NCBI GenBank assembly: GCA_947627975.1
Contig: CANQYB010000002.1
Location: 4,740 to 68,739 of the forward strand
Source: an uncultured Bacilli bacterium
GTDB lineage: Bacteria; Bacillota_I; Bacilli_A; RF39; UBA660
Direction: 5' to 3'
DNA length: 64,000 bases
Position 1 is the first letter of the stretch. Each line of letters starts with the position of its first letter. Below are positions 41,565 through 52,429 of this stretch, in pieces. Below the pieces are notes generated by a model. That model was not told the DNA's origin. It searched no databases and worked only from the letters and a program-made list of their open reading frames with translations. The position numbers and the translations under genes are program-made.

Positions 41565-42698
41565 ATGAATTTAGAGTCAGAAATTTTACAAGTTAATATA
41601 GATGATATAATTCCTAATAGATTTCAACCTAGATTAAATTTTGATGAAAAAGCATTAAATGAACTTGCAGCATCAATTAAAGAACATGGAATTATCCAAC
41701 CACTGGTTTTAAGAAAAACTGGAGATAAATATGAAATTATTGCTGGTGAACGTAGATATAAAGCTGCGTGTATTGCAGGTCTTACAACAGTTCCGGCCAT
41801 TATTTCTAATATTGATGACAATGCAAGTGCTGAAGTAGCAGTAGTAGAAAATGTTCAGAGAAAAAATTTATCGGCAATAGAAGAGGCAAAATCATATGAA
41901 AAATTAATAAAAAATAATAATTTAACTCAAGAACAATTAGCTACTAAAATGGGAATAAGTCAATCTGCTGTTGCTAATAAATTACGTTTATTAAATTTAG
42001 ACGAAGATGTTCAAAATGCATTGCTCAATGAAAAAATATCAGAAAGACATGCTAGAAGTTTATTAGCTTTAAAAAACAATGATGATCAAAGAAAAATGTT
42101 ACAAAAAATTTTAAATGAAAGATTAACAGTAAAACAATTAGACGAAGAAATAAAAAAAATAACTAATCCAGGCAGTGTAACAGATGATATACCTTTAGTT
42201 GAAAATATTGATCCAAATATTGATGAAATAAAAAATAATGCTGAAGATATAAATTTAGAGCCAATTCCAAAAGTTAATATAGTTGAAGAACAAAATGATC
42301 AAAATGATAATTCATCAGACGAACTTTCAAATAGATTTTTTAATTTTTTGGATGAAAATAGTGATGTTTTGGAAAATAATAATTTAAATAATTCAACTTT
42401 AGAAGAAAATGAAAAACAAGAAACTTCAAATAATATTTTTGAATTTAATCCTCTTAAGGATGAAAAAAAACAAGAAGAACCTTTAGAGACATTAGAAACT
42501 TTGGATATGAATTCAAATAAAATATCTGAAAAAATTGAAGATTTAAATGACAATAATAATGAGAATATAAGTTTAACGGATGCTATAAATGAAATAAGAA
42601 AATTAATTAAATCATTGGAAGAAAAAGGAATAAATATTAATATTGATGAAATAGATTTTAATAATATGTATCAAATAATTTTAAAAATACCAAAATAA
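41565..42698 (+). CDS. ParB/Noc-family nucleoid protein with a long acidic, Asn-rich C-terminal extension
   Basis: ParB box IIAGERRYKAA and an HTH in the N-terminal ~200 aa. The C-terminal ~170 aa are D/E/N-rich and low in complexity. No parA/soj is adjacent. Confidence 0.7.
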   Translation: MNLESEILQVNIDDIIPNRFQPRLNFDEKALNELAASIKEHGIIQPLVLRKTGDKYEIIAGERRYKAACIAGLTTVPAIISNIDDNASAEVAVVENVQRKNLSAIEEAKSYEKLIKNNNLTQEQLATKMGISQSAVANKLRLLNLDEDVQNALLNEKISERHARSLLALKNNDDQRKMLQKILNERLTVKQLDEEIKKITNPGSVTDDIPLVENIDPNIDEIKNNAEDINLEPIPKVNIVEEQNDQNDNSSDELSNRFFNFLDENSDVLENNNLNNSTLEENEKQETSNNIFEFNPLKDEKKQEEPLETLETLDMNSNKISEKIEDLNDNNNENISLTDAINEIRKLIKSLEEKGININIDEIDFNNMYQIILKIPK

Positions 42699-42708
42699 TG
42701 GTATTTTT

Positions 42709-44625
42709 TTAATATGTTGGTTGAGTTCCATTTATAAAGTAAAATAAAGTATTGCTATTTTCATTATATTTTCCAGTTATAGGGTCAAGGGGAACAGCTA
42801 TAATATTCTTAGGGACTTCATACCAATTATTATCTGTATTTTTTAAAGCACTTTCACTAGTTGCAGCCCAAATATTTTTAGATATTCTGGAATATTTAGT
42901 ATTTAAATTTCCTCCTAAATCATTTCCATTCCAAACAAGTGTTAAAACATTTTTATTATATCCAATTGTCCAGTAATCAGTTTTAGTTGATCCACTTTTT
43001 AGTGCATATTTATGAGAAATTTGATTTTTAATACTTAATGCAGTTGGCTTATTATAACTAATAAAATCTGAATTATAAGTTGATGTTAGTAATTCATTTA
43101 AAATATATACATTATTTGGATCTAATATTAAATTATCATACTTTTTAAATTCATATAAAACGTCTTTGTTATCATTTTCTATTTTATTTATAAAGTGTAA
43201 TTTTCTTTTATAACCACCACTTGCAAGTGTAGTATATGCATTGGCAAAATCAATCATACTAATTTCATTAGTTCCTAATGGAAGAGAAATATTGTTTTGT
43301 AATTTAGCCTTAATTCCCATATATTTAGCTTCTTTTACTAATGTATCTTGTCCCAAGAACATGTGAGTTTTGATTGCATAAACATTATCTGAATAAGCAA
43401 TGGCTGCAGCCATAGTTATATCTTTATTTCCATAAACTTCATTATAATTTTTAGGCTTATAAATTTCGTTATTTGCAAAAACAAATGATGTTTTTTCACT
43501 TTTAAAAGTAGTTGACGATGTCAAGCCATTTTCTAAAGCTGCATAATATAAAATAGGTTTCATTGTAGAACCAACTTGTCTTTTTGCTTGAGTGGCTCTA
43601 TTGAATTGACTATTTTGATAATTTCTACCACCACTTAAGGCAATAATGCTTCCATCATTAGGATTAATTACTAAGGAAGCAACTTCAGTTTCATCATCTA
43701 ACATATAGGAATTTATTGAATTTTCCAAAGCAGTTTGAACTTCCATATTTAAATTTGTATAAATTTTTAGATTACCAGTTTTTATTAATGATGAGGGAAT
43801 TTCATCAATATTTTCGAGCTCTTTAATTACTTCATCTTGATAATACATTAAAGTATTTAGATTATTACTTGTTCTTTTTCCATATATTTCTATTTTATTT
43901 TTAAATAGATTTTTATATTCTTCTTTTGATATATAGCCTTCTTTTAACATTTTAGATGCAATATATTTAGCTCTTTTTTTAGTATTATCTAAATTATTAA
44001 TAGGATTAAATTTACTGGGATTTTTAGGAATAGCGGCTAAAATAATTGATTCATCAAGATTTAAATCTTTTGCTTTTTTATTAAAATAATAATTTGCTGC
44101 ATCTTCTATTCCATAATTACCTTGTCCATAATTAATTGTATTTAAATATCCCTCTAAAATATCTTTTTTTTCATAATGCATCTCTAAATTTAAAGTAAGA
44201 ATTGCTTCTTCAGCTTTTCTTCCCCAAGTTTTATCAAAATCTAAATACAAATTTTTTATATATTGTTGAGATATAGTAGAAGCTCCTTGTACTATTTTTC
44301 CAGATTTCCCATTTATAAATAAAGCTTTAATAATTCTTAAAAAATCAAAACCATTATGATTATAAAAGTTTTTATCTTCACTAGCTATAACGGCATTTAT
44401 GGTATACTTAGAAATATCTTTAATATTTGCCCATTTTTTAGTAGTAGAGCCAGTATATATAAGATTATTTTTATTATCGTATATGTACATTTGATTACTT
44501 TTTTTAATATCAATTTTGGGTGAAAAATAGGCATAAAAAATGAGAGAGAATATACTTATAATTCCCACAATTATAAAAAAAATTATAGATTTTAAAATTA
44601 TTTTTTTATTTTTCATTTTTATCAC
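42709..44625 (-). CDS. Class A penicillin-binding protein (glycosyltransferase GT51 plus transpeptidase)
   Basis: N-terminal TM segment, GT51 motifs EDKNFYNHNGFD and GASTISQQ, and a downstream transpeptidase domain with STMKP (SxxK). Confidence 0.8.
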   Translation of the reverse strand: MIKMKNKKIILKSIIFFIIVGIISIFSLIFYAYFSPKIDIKKSNQMYIYDNKNNLIYTGSTTKKWANIKDISKYTINAVIASEDKNFYNHNGFDFLRIIKALFINGKSGKIVQGASTISQQYIKNLYLDFDKTWGRKAEEAILTLNLEMHYEKKDILEGYLNTINYGQGNYGIEDAANYYFNKKAKDLNLDESIILAAIPKNPSKFNPINNLDNTKKRAKYIASKMLKEGYISKEEYKNLFKNKIEIYGKRTSNNLNTLMYYQDEVIKELENIDEIPSSLIKTGNLKIYTNLNMEVQTALENSINSYMLDDETEVASLVINPNDGSIIALSGGRNYQNSQFNRATQAKRQVGSTMKPILYYAALENGLTSSTTFKSEKTSFVFANNEIYKPKNYNEVYGNKDITMAAAIAYSDNVYAIKTHMFLGQDTLVKEAKYMGIKAKLQNNISLPLGTNEISMIDFANAYTTLASGGYKRKLHFINKIENDNKDVLYEFKKYDNLILDPNNVYILNELLTSTYNSDFISYNKPTALSIKNQISHKYALKSGSTKTDYWTIGYNKNVLTLVWNGNDLGGNLNTKYSRISKNIWAATSESALKNTDNNWYEVPKNIIAVPLDPITGKYNENSNTLFYFINGTQPTY

Positions 44626-44687
44626 TATTTTTATTATGATAAAAAAAATGCAAATTATGAGTGCATTAATTTAAGTCTTATGTTATA

Positions 44688-45074
44688 ATGTTCCAAGAAA
44701 AACAAGGAAGTGGTTTTTTGGATGTTTTTATAAATACTCTAATTTATGAAAATAAAGTATTAACTGAAAAAAATAATATAAAAGCTAAATTAGATAATGT
44801 AAATAAGAAATTAAAATATTTTGAAGATAAAGTTTTAGTAAATATCGATTATAATAATAAAATAATTCAAAGAGAAGATGAGTTTAAAAAAATTAAAATT
44901 AAAAATAATAAAATTGAAATTACAATACCAGAAATTAATGATAAATTAATTTTAGATGTAGATGATTTTAAATTTATAATTAAAAATGATATAATTGAAA
45001 TTTCCTATAAAATTATTCAAAGTAATGCTATAATTAAGTATAATATAAAATTACTTGGTAATTACTATTTTTAA
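44688..45074 (+). CDS. Hypothetical protein
   Basis: A 128-aa ORF overlapping the argS RBS region; no recognisable motif. Confidence 0.25.
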   Translation: MFQEKQGSGFLDVFINTLIYENKVLTEKNNIKAKLDNVNKKLKYFEDKVLVNIDYNNKIIQREDEFKKIKIKNNKIEITIPEINDKLILDVDDFKFIIKNDIIEISYKIIQSNAIIKYNIKLLGNYYF

Positions 45075-45087
45075 AAAGGAGGACAAT

Positions 45088-46788
45088 ATGATAATTGATA
45101 AATTAAATGAAATATTAAAAAAAGTACTAAAAAATTGTAATTACGAAGATAATAATTTTAGTTTAATTGTATCAAGAAGAAAAGATTTATGTGATTATCA
45201 ATTTGATGGAGTATTTAAAATTGCTTCTCAAAAATCGTTAAATCCTAAAGATATTGGTCTAAAAGTATTAAGTGAATTCCAAAAATTAAATCAAGAAAAA
45301 AATTATTTTAAAAATATTGAATTTGTTTTACCAGGATTTATAAACTTAACATTAAGTGATGAATTTATTAATAATGAATTGAAATTAATGAATGATAATG
45401 AAAAATTTAATATAAAAACAACAACAAATCCTCAAAAATTTGTTCTTGATTATGGTGGTCCCAATATAGCAAAACCATTACATGTTGGTCATTTAAGAAC
45501 AGCAATTATAGGAGAATCAGTAAAAAGAATAATTAACTACATTGGTCATAAAACAATTAGTGATGTTCATTTAGGTGATTTTGGCTTACAAATTGGGCAA
45601 GTAATTTATGGAATAATTGAAGAAAATATAGAATTAGATAAATTAACGTTAAATGATTTAAATATTTTATATCCTAAATACAGTGCACTATCAAAAGAAG
45701 ATGAAGAAATAAAAAATAAATGTGCAGAAATTACTAGATTAATACAAAATAATGATAATATATATAAAAATTATTATGATAAAATATTAGAATTATCTAA
45801 AAAAGATATTCAAAGAATATATGATTTTTTAAATGTTAAATTTGATTATTGGTATGGTGAAAAAGATGCAAATAATTATATAAAATATGTAGAAGAAATA
45901 TTAAATTCAAAAAAATTACTTCAAGAAAGTAATAATGCTTTAGTAGTTTCTGTTCAAGAAGATAGCGATAAAAAAGAAATTCCTCCTTTAATTTTTAAAA
46001 AAAGTAATGGAGCTTATCTTTATGGATCAACTGATTTAGCTACGATTTATCAACGAGAAAAAGATTTTAAACCTGATTATATTTTATATTGTACAGACTT
46101 AAGACAGTCTCTACACTTTAATCAAGTATTTAGGGTAGCTAAAAAAGCTAATTTGACAAAAGCTAATTTAGAACATTTAGGATATGGTACTATAAATGGG
46201 AAAGATAATAAACCATATAAAACTCGAAATGGTAAAACTCCAAAATTAGATGAATTATTTAAGGAGATAAGATTAAATTTTGAAAATATAAAAGTAGAAA
46301 ATAAAAATATGTCTAATAAAGATTTAGATATAATTGTTAATTCTATAATAAAGTTTGCTGATTTTCAAAATAACTATGAAAAAGATTACATATTTGATAT
46401 TAGTAAATTTTCAAATGTAGTAGGAAAAACTGGTCCTTATATTTTATATACATATTTAAGAGTAAATAAAATAATAAATGAAGTTAATATTTCAGTAACA
46501 GATTTGAGTAATAATATATATAATAAACAAGATAGAGAATTAAGAATAAAATTATTAGAATTAGATTCTATTATCCAAAGTGCATTTATAAATAGAATGC
46601 CAAGTATAATAGCAAATTATTTATATGATCTATGTGTAATATTAAATGTATTTTACCAGAGTAATCATATAATAAATTTAGAAAATAAAAAACAGAAAGA
46701 AGATTGGATTTATATATTAAAATTAACAAATAGTATTATAAAAGAAATGCTTAATTTATTAATTATAGATATTCCATCTATAATGTAG
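45088..46788 (+). CDS. argS: Arginine--tRNA ligase
   Basis: Class I HIGH variant HVGHLRTAIIGE. The start is taken at MIIDKLNEI after an AAGGAGG RBS. Confidence 0.9.
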   Translation: MIIDKLNEILKKVLKNCNYEDNNFSLIVSRRKDLCDYQFDGVFKIASQKSLNPKDIGLKVLSEFQKLNQEKNYFKNIEFVLPGFINLTLSDEFINNELKLMNDNEKFNIKTTTNPQKFVLDYGGPNIAKPLHVGHLRTAIIGESVKRIINYIGHKTISDVHLGDFGLQIGQVIYGIIEENIELDKLTLNDLNILYPKYSALSKEDEEIKNKCAEITRLIQNNDNIYKNYYDKILELSKKDIQRIYDFLNVKFDYWYGEKDANNYIKYVEEILNSKKLLQESNNALVVSVQEDSDKKEIPPLIFKKSNGAYLYGSTDLATIYQREKDFKPDYILYCTDLRQSLHFNQVFRVAKKANLTKANLEHLGYGTINGKDNKPYKTRNGKTPKLDELFKEIRLNFENIKVENKNMSNKDLDIIVNSIIKFADFQNNYEKDYIFDISKFSNVVGKTGPYILYTYLRVNKIINEVNISVTDLSNNIYNKQDRELRIKLLELDSIIQSAFINRMPSIIANYLYDLCVILNVFYQSNHIINLENKKQKEDWIYILKLTNSIIKEMLNLLIIDIPSIM

Positions 46789-46799
46789 GAGGAAAAATT

Positions 46800-47246
46800 A
46801 TGAAAAAAATTGATAATGAAAAATTAGAAAACTTACCTTATGATGATATAGCATATGAAATACTGCTTAGTGAAAATCATAAAATGAAATTACAGACTTT
46901 GTTTAAAAAAGTAGGTGAAATAGCTGGATTAGATTCTAAATTTTACGAAGACAAAATAATAGATTTTTTTGAATTACTTTCAACAGATAAAAGATTTATT
47001 ATGTTGGAAAATGGATTTTGGGATTTAAGAGATAATCATAGCCATAAAATAAAAATAGAAGAAGAAGATGTAACAAACATAGATGATGATGAAACACTAG
47101 ATGAAACAAATGAAGAAGAAAATGAAGAAATTGAGGAAGAAGATATTTATTATGATGAAACTGAATTAGACGATGATGAAGATGATGATGATTATAAAGA
47201 ATTAGTCATAGTAGATGATAAAGATATAGATAATGATATTTCATAG
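46800..47246 (+). CDS. rpoE: DNA-directed RNA polymerase delta subunit
   Basis: N-terminal HARE-HTH-like domain (compare B. subtilis RpoE GRFLALSDQTWGLRSW with KRFIMLENGFWDLRDNH) and a highly acidic C-terminal tail. Confidence 0.6.
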   Translation: MKKIDNEKLENLPYDDIAYEILLSENHKMKLQTLFKKVGEIAGLDSKFYEDKIIDFFELLSTDKRFIMLENGFWDLRDNHSHKIKIEEEDVTNIDDDETLDETNEEENEEIEEEDIYYDETELDDDEDDDDYKELVIVDDKDIDNDIS

Positions 47247-47261
47247 AAAAGAGGAAATATT

Positions 47262-48323
47262 TTGATAGAAAGATTAGAAATTATATTAAAAAAATACAAC
47301 GATTTATCTGAAGAGCTATTAAAAGAGGAAATATTAAGTGATTATGCAAAAACTGCTCAACTTTCCAAAGAACAAAAAGAATTAGAAGAAACTGTTATAA
47401 TTTATAAAAAATATAAAAAAGTATTAGTTGATATTGAAGAATTAAAAAGTATGGAAAAAGATACGGAAATGATGGAAATTGTTAAAGATGAACTTTTTAA
47501 TTTAGAAAAGGAAAAAGAAACTTTAGAAGAAAAATTGCAATTTCTTTTAATTCCTAAGGACGAAAATGATGGAAAAAATATAATAATGGAAATAAGAGGA
47601 GCAGCTGGTGGAGATGAAGCAAATATTTTTGCAGGAGATTTATTTAGAATGTATTCTCACTATGCAGAAAAAATGGGATTTAAAATAGAAATTATGAATG
47701 CTGTAGAAGGAACAGCAGGTGGTTTTTCGCAAATAGAATTCATGATAACAGGAGAAAATGTTTATTCTAAATTAAAATATGAAAGTGGAGCTCATCGTGT
47801 ACAAAGAGTTCCAGAAACTGAATCTCAAGGAAGAGTTCATACATCTACAGCAACAGTTGTAGTTTTTCCAGAAGTAGAAAACAAAGAAGTAAATATTAAT
47901 GAAAATGATTTAAAAATAGATGTATATCATAGTAGTGGGGCAGGAGGCCAAAGTGTAAATACTTCAAATTCAGCAGTTAGAATTACCCATTTACCTACTA
48001 ATACAGTTGTTACTTATCAAACAGAAAGAAGTCAATTAAAAAATAAACAAAAAGCATTACAGGTTTTAGCGGCAAAACTACAAGATGAGCAAAGGCAAAA
48101 AGAAGAGAAACTTCTTGGGGATGCTCGTAAAAGCAAAATTGGAACTGGAGATAGATCAGAAAAAATAAGAACATATAATTATCCTCAAAATAGAATTACT
48201 GATCATAGAATAAATTTTTCAATTATGGAATTAGATAAAGTAATGAATGGAAATTTAGAACCAATTATTGATGCTTTAATTTTAGAAGATCAAAAAAGAA
48301 AATTAGCAGGAGAAAATAATTAA
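47262..48323 (+). CDS. prfA: Peptide chain release factor 1
   Basis: GGQ motif (SGAGGQSVN) and the PxT-region; 353 aa. Confidence 0.9.
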   Translation: MIERLEIILKKYNDLSEELLKEEILSDYAKTAQLSKEQKELEETVIIYKKYKKVLVDIEELKSMEKDTEMMEIVKDELFNLEKEKETLEEKLQFLLIPKDENDGKNIIMEIRGAAGGDEANIFAGDLFRMYSHYAEKMGFKIEIMNAVEGTAGGFSQIEFMITGENVYSKLKYESGAHRVQRVPETESQGRVHTSTATVVVFPEVENKEVNINENDLKIDVYHSSGAGGQSVNTSNSAVRITHLPTNTVVTYQTERSQLKNKQKALQVLAAKLQDEQRQKEEKLLGDARKSKIGTGDRSEKIRTYNYPQNRITDHRINFSIMELDKVMNGNLEPIIDALILEDQKRKLAGENN

Positions 48324-49147
48324 TGACAATTGATGATTTAATATTGTATGGAAAAAAATATGTTCATAAAGATCATGTTTTTCTTTTATTATCTGAACTG
48401 TTAAAAATAAATATTCTAGATATTTTTAATCATTTGGAAGATAAGGTTTCGTCTAAAAATATTGAAAGATTTAAAAAACAAATAGCTTTATTAAAAGATG
48501 GAAAACCTATACAATATGTTATTGGTAGTGTAAATTTTTATGGATATAATTTTTTTATAAATCAAAATGTATTAATACCTAGATTTGAAACAGAAGGTTT
48601 AGTTTTAGAAACTTATAAATTAATAAAAGCAAATTTTAAAAATAAAAATTTGAAAATATTAGATTTGGGAACTGGTAGTGGTGTAATTGGTTTAACTTTA
48701 AAAAAACTTGAACCAAATTTTCAAATAGATTTAGTAGATATTAGTGAAAAAGCATTAGAAGTTGCATCTTATAATTGTAAAAAATTAGGTGTAGATGCAA
48801 ATATTATAAAAAGTGATTTTTTTGAAAATATTAATTCTAAATATGATGTAATAATATCAAATCCACCATATATTAAATATGATGAAGAAATTGAAGACGT
48901 TGTAAAAAATAATGAACCTCATATTGCTTTATATGCTAAAGAAGATGGTCTATATTGTTATAAACAAATATTAAAAAATATTTCAAATCATTTAAATTCT
49001 AAATATATAATTGCTTTTGAAATAGGTATGACTCAAAAAAAAGACGTAGAAAATTTAATTAATAAATATTTAAAATTTTCCCAAATTTATACTAAAAAAG
49101 ATTTAAATAATAGGGATAGATATATATTTGTAACAAACTTTGAATAA
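48323..49147 (+). CDS. prmC: Release factor glutamine methyltransferase
   Basis: SAM-binding LDLGTGSG and catalytic NPPY; immediately downstream of prfA. Confidence 0.85.
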   Translation: MTIDDLILYGKKYVHKDHVFLLLSELLKINILDIFNHLEDKVSSKNIERFKKQIALLKDGKPIQYVIGSVNFYGYNFFINQNVLIPRFETEGLVLETYKLIKANFKNKNLKILDLGTGSGVIGLTLKKLEPNFQIDLVDISEKALEVASYNCKKLGVDANIIKSDFFENINSKYDVIISNPPYIKYDEEIEDVVKNNEPHIALYAKEDGLYCYKQILKNISNHLNSKYIIAFEIGMTQKKDVENLINKYLKFSQIYTKKDLNNRDRYIFVTNFE

Positions 49148-49150
49148 AAA

Positions 49151-49729
49151 ATGAAACTATTACTCTTAATTATATTGAAAGAAGGTAATAGTTTTATTAT
49201 GAAAAAAGTTATAATAATATTTCTAATAAGTGGCTTAGCTTTATTTTCAATAAAAAAAGTATCTTCTATTGAAATTCCAGATGATGCTATTAGAATTAGA
49301 GTGGTTGCATCATCCAATTTAGAAAGTGATCAAGAAATAAAATTAAAAGTAAAAGAAAATGTTCAAAATTTTTTAATTAAAAAATTAGAAAATAGTAAAT
49401 CAAAAGAACAAGTTAAAAAAATAATAGAAGATAACATAGAAAATTTAAATAATATTGTCAATAATGTTTTAATAAGTAATAATGTAAAAATGAATTATAA
49501 TATAAATTATGGATTAAATTATTTTCCTAAAAAAGTATATAAAGGTATTGAATATAAAGAAGGTTACTATGAATCATTAGTAATTACATTAGGAAATGGA
49601 AAGGGTAAAAATTGGTGGTGTATTTTATTTCCTCCCCTTTGCTTAATTGATGCCACGGAAACAGAAAATTTGACAGAAGTAGAATATAAATTATATGTAA
49701 AAAAAATCATTGAAAAATTTAAGAATTAA
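49151..49729 (+). CDS. spoIIR: Stage II sporulation protein R
   Basis: Signal peptide; IRIRVVASSNLESDQEIKLKVKENV matches SpoIIR IRLHV.ANSDS..DQ.LKL; WWCILFPPLC matches the SpoIIR WWCVLYPPLC motif. Confidence 0.7.
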   Translation: MKLLLLIILKEGNSFIMKKVIIIFLISGLALFSIKKVSSIEIPDDAIRIRVVASSNLESDQEIKLKVKENVQNFLIKKLENSKSKEQVKKIIEDNIENLNNIVNNVLISNNVKMNYNINYGLNYFPKKVYKGIEYKEGYYESLVITLGNGKGKNWWCILFPPLCLIDATETENLTEVEYKLYVKKIIEKFKN

Positions 49730-49770
49730 TTAATATAAAAGCGAATAAACTTATTTAGGGGGGCTAATAA

Positions 49771-50307
49771 ATGAATGAAATGATTTCGCTTATTTTAATT
49801 GGCATATCTTTAAGTTTAGATGCGTTTTCTTTAGCATTATCATTTGGTACAAATGAAATTGAAAATAAATATGAATTTATGCTTTCTTTAATAGTAGGAA
49901 TTTTTCATTTTTTTATGCCTTTAATTGGACTTTCAATAGGGAAATTGATTTTAAATTTATTAAATGTAGATCCAAATATTTTAATTGGTATTATTCTTTT
50001 ATTTTTAGCATTTACAATGATAAAAGATATGTTTACAAATGATAACTATTGTTTTTCCAAAACTTTTATGGGAATGATATTATTTGCTTTTAGTGTTAGT
50101 TTTGATAGTTTTTCAACTGGAATAGGACTATATGCTATTACAGATAATATATATTTAGCAAGTATTATATTTTCTTTTTTTAGTTTTTCCTTTACCTATT
50201 TAGGAATGATAATTGGAAAATATGCTAAAAAAAGATTAGGGAAAATAGCTGAAATTATTGGAGTAATTATTTTATTATTTGTTGGTATTATGTATTTATG
50301 TAAATAA
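49771..50307 (+). CDS. MntP/YtaF-like (DUF204) membrane protein, putative Mn2+ efflux
   Basis: Six TM segments; duplicated SLDAFS / SFDSFS motifs typical of MntP-family two-repeat proteins. Confidence 0.55.
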   Translation: MNEMISLILIGISLSLDAFSLALSFGTNEIENKYEFMLSLIVGIFHFFMPLIGLSIGKLILNLLNVDPNILIGIILLFLAFTMIKDMFTNDNYCFSKTFMGMILFAFSVSFDSFSTGIGLYAITDNIYLASIIFSFFSFSFTYLGMIIGKYAKKRLGKIAEIIGVIILLFVGIMYLCK

Positions 50308-50366
50308 AATGTCTTTAAAATTGACAAATAGTAGCTATATGAATTAAGATTAAAGTGGTGAAGTAT

Positions 50367-51620
50367 ATGAAAATTATTGAAATAATTGGAAATAAAGAAT
50401 TGACTGGTACTATAAAAGTAAGTGGGGCAAAAAATAGTGCGGTTGCTTTAATTCCTGCCGCAATCTTATGTGATGAAGATGTTATTTTAGAAAATGTTCC
50501 TGATATTTCTGACACATATGATTTATTTAATATTTTAGATCTTTTAAATATTCAAAAAGATTATAAAAATAATGAATTAAAATTAGATTTAAAAAATATG
50601 AAAAACTGTGAAATAAAAAAAGAATTATCTCAAAAACTACGAGCTTCTTATTATTTTATGGGAGCCCTTTTAGGAAAATTTAAAAAAGTTACTATTTATT
50701 TTCCCGGGGGATGCAGTATAGGTGCAAGACCAATAGATTATCATATTAAAGGTTTTAAGCAAATGGGAGTAAATATAAAAATAGATAATGATAAATATGA
50801 GCTTGATGCAAGAAATTTGCATGGTGCTGATATATATTTGGATTTTGAAAGTGTTGGGGCAACTATTAATTTAATTTTAGCTGCTACTAAGGCTAAAGGG
50901 TTAACAGTTATTCATAACGCCGCAAGAGAACCAGAAATTGTCAATGTTGCAACATTTTTAAATAGTATGGGAGCAAAAATATCTGGAGCGGGAACTAACG
51001 AAATAACAATAGAGGGAGTAAATTATTTAAAAAAAGGAAGAGGAGAAATAATTCCTGATCGGATTGAAGCCTTAACATATATAATTATCGGGGCTTTAGT
51101 TGGGAAAAATTTAAAAATAGAAAATATTATTCCTTCACATATTCAGGCTTCACTTTCTAAATTAAAAGAAATAGGGGTTGATTATATCGAAAATAAAAAT
51201 AGCATAATAATTAATAGTAAAAAAAATTATAAGGCTACAAATATTAAAACATTAGTTTATCCTGGCTTTCCAACTGATGTTGCTCAACCTTTTTCAGTTT
51301 TATTAACTCAATGTAGTGGTTTATCAAATATAAAAGAAACAATTTTTGAAAATAGAATGGGACATATGCCATATTTAAATAAAATGGGAGCAAATATTAA
51401 ATACAATCTAAAAGAAGCAAATATCAAAGGACCTACTAAATTAAAAGGAGAGGAAGTTACTGCTACGGATTTAAGAGCTGGGGCAGCCTTAGTTTGTGCA
51501 GGTTTAAAAGCTGAAGGAAAAACAGTTATTTTTGATGCGGAACATGTTTTAAGAGGATATGGACATTTAGAGGAAAAATTAACAAATGTTGGTGCTAAAA
51601 TAAATATTAAAGAAATATAA
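50367..51620 (+). CDS. murA: UDP-N-acetylglucosamine 1-carboxyvinyltransferase
   Basis: KVSGAKNSAVALIPAAIL, the catalytic Cys region FPGGCSIGARPID, and the EPSP-synthase fold. The start is taken at MKIIEI after a GGTGA RBS. Confidence 0.9.
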   Translation: MKIIEIIGNKELTGTIKVSGAKNSAVALIPAAILCDEDVILENVPDISDTYDLFNILDLLNIQKDYKNNELKLDLKNMKNCEIKKELSQKLRASYYFMGALLGKFKKVTIYFPGGCSIGARPIDYHIKGFKQMGVNIKIDNDKYELDARNLHGADIYLDFESVGATINLILAATKAKGLTVIHNAAREPEIVNVATFLNSMGAKISGAGTNEITIEGVNYLKKGRGEIIPDRIEALTYIIIGALVGKNLKIENIIPSHIQASLSKLKEIGVDYIENKNSIIINSKKNYKATNIKTLVYPGFPTDVAQPFSVLLTQCSGLSNIKETIFENRMGHMPYLNKMGANIKYNLKEANIKGPTKLKGEEVTATDLRAGAALVCAGLKAEGKTVIFDAEHVLRGYGHLEEKLTNVGAKINIKEI

Positions 51621-51656
51621 TAATAGCAAATGCTATTATTTTTTTTGAGGTGAAAT

Positions 51657-52406
51657 ATGAAAAAAGGCTTACCTATAATACTGATTATAATATCACTTAC
51701 TTTTATAGCTTATTATAAAATAAATAATGATAAAATTTCTTTTGTCGCCTTAGGAGATGGAATAGCATTAGGAGAAAATTCTAATAATAAAATTTCTAAA
51801 TCTTACAATGATTATTTAAAAAATCAAATTAGTAAAAATAAAAAAATAAAATTTTACAGTAAAGAATTTTGTAAAAAAGATTTGCGAATAAAAGACTTAA
51901 AAAATCAAATTGAATCTAATGATTTTATTAGTCAAAATAATAGAAAAATATCTATTAATCAAGCTATACATAATGCTAATTTATTAACATTATCAATTGG
52001 GGCATCTGATCTTTTTTATTCTTTAAAAATAAATAACAGTTATATTAAGGGAAATGATTTAGATAATATATATAAAAAAATTGATAAAATATTTATAGAT
52101 TTGGAAAATTTAATAAAACAAATTAGAAAAAATTATAACAAAAAACTTATTGTTATAGGGTATTATAATCCTTTGACTAATCAAAATTATATAAATAATG
52201 AAATTTATGATGAAGTATTTTCATATTGTAATGATTTATATTATAAGTTGTCATATAAATATAATTTTACATACATTAATACTAATAATATAATTAATAA
52301 AAATAAAAAATATCTTCCAAATGATAATAGTATTCATTTAAATAATATTGGCTACAAAAAAATTTCTAACGAAATTTATAAAACTTTGAATTTTGACAAA
52401 AAATAA
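51657..52406 (+). CDS. SGNH/GDSL-like hydrolase family protein (putative, secreted)
   Basis: Signal/TM N-terminus, then FVALGDGIALGEN resembling the SGNH block I, with GDG in place of GDS; about 249 aa. Confidence 0.35.
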   Translation: MKKGLPIILIIISLTFIAYYKINNDKISFVALGDGIALGENSNNKISKSYNDYLKNQISKNKKIKFYSKEFCKKDLRIKDLKNQIESNDFISQNNRKISINQAIHNANLLTLSIGASDLFYSLKINNSYIKGNDLDNIYKKIDKIFIDLENLIKQIRKNYNKKLIVIGYYNPLTNQNYINNEIYDEVFSYCNDLYYKLSYKYNFTYINTNNIINKNKKYLPNDNSIHLNNIGYKKISNEIYKTLNFDKK

Positions 52407-52429
52407 AAAATATGTTAATATTATTTTAC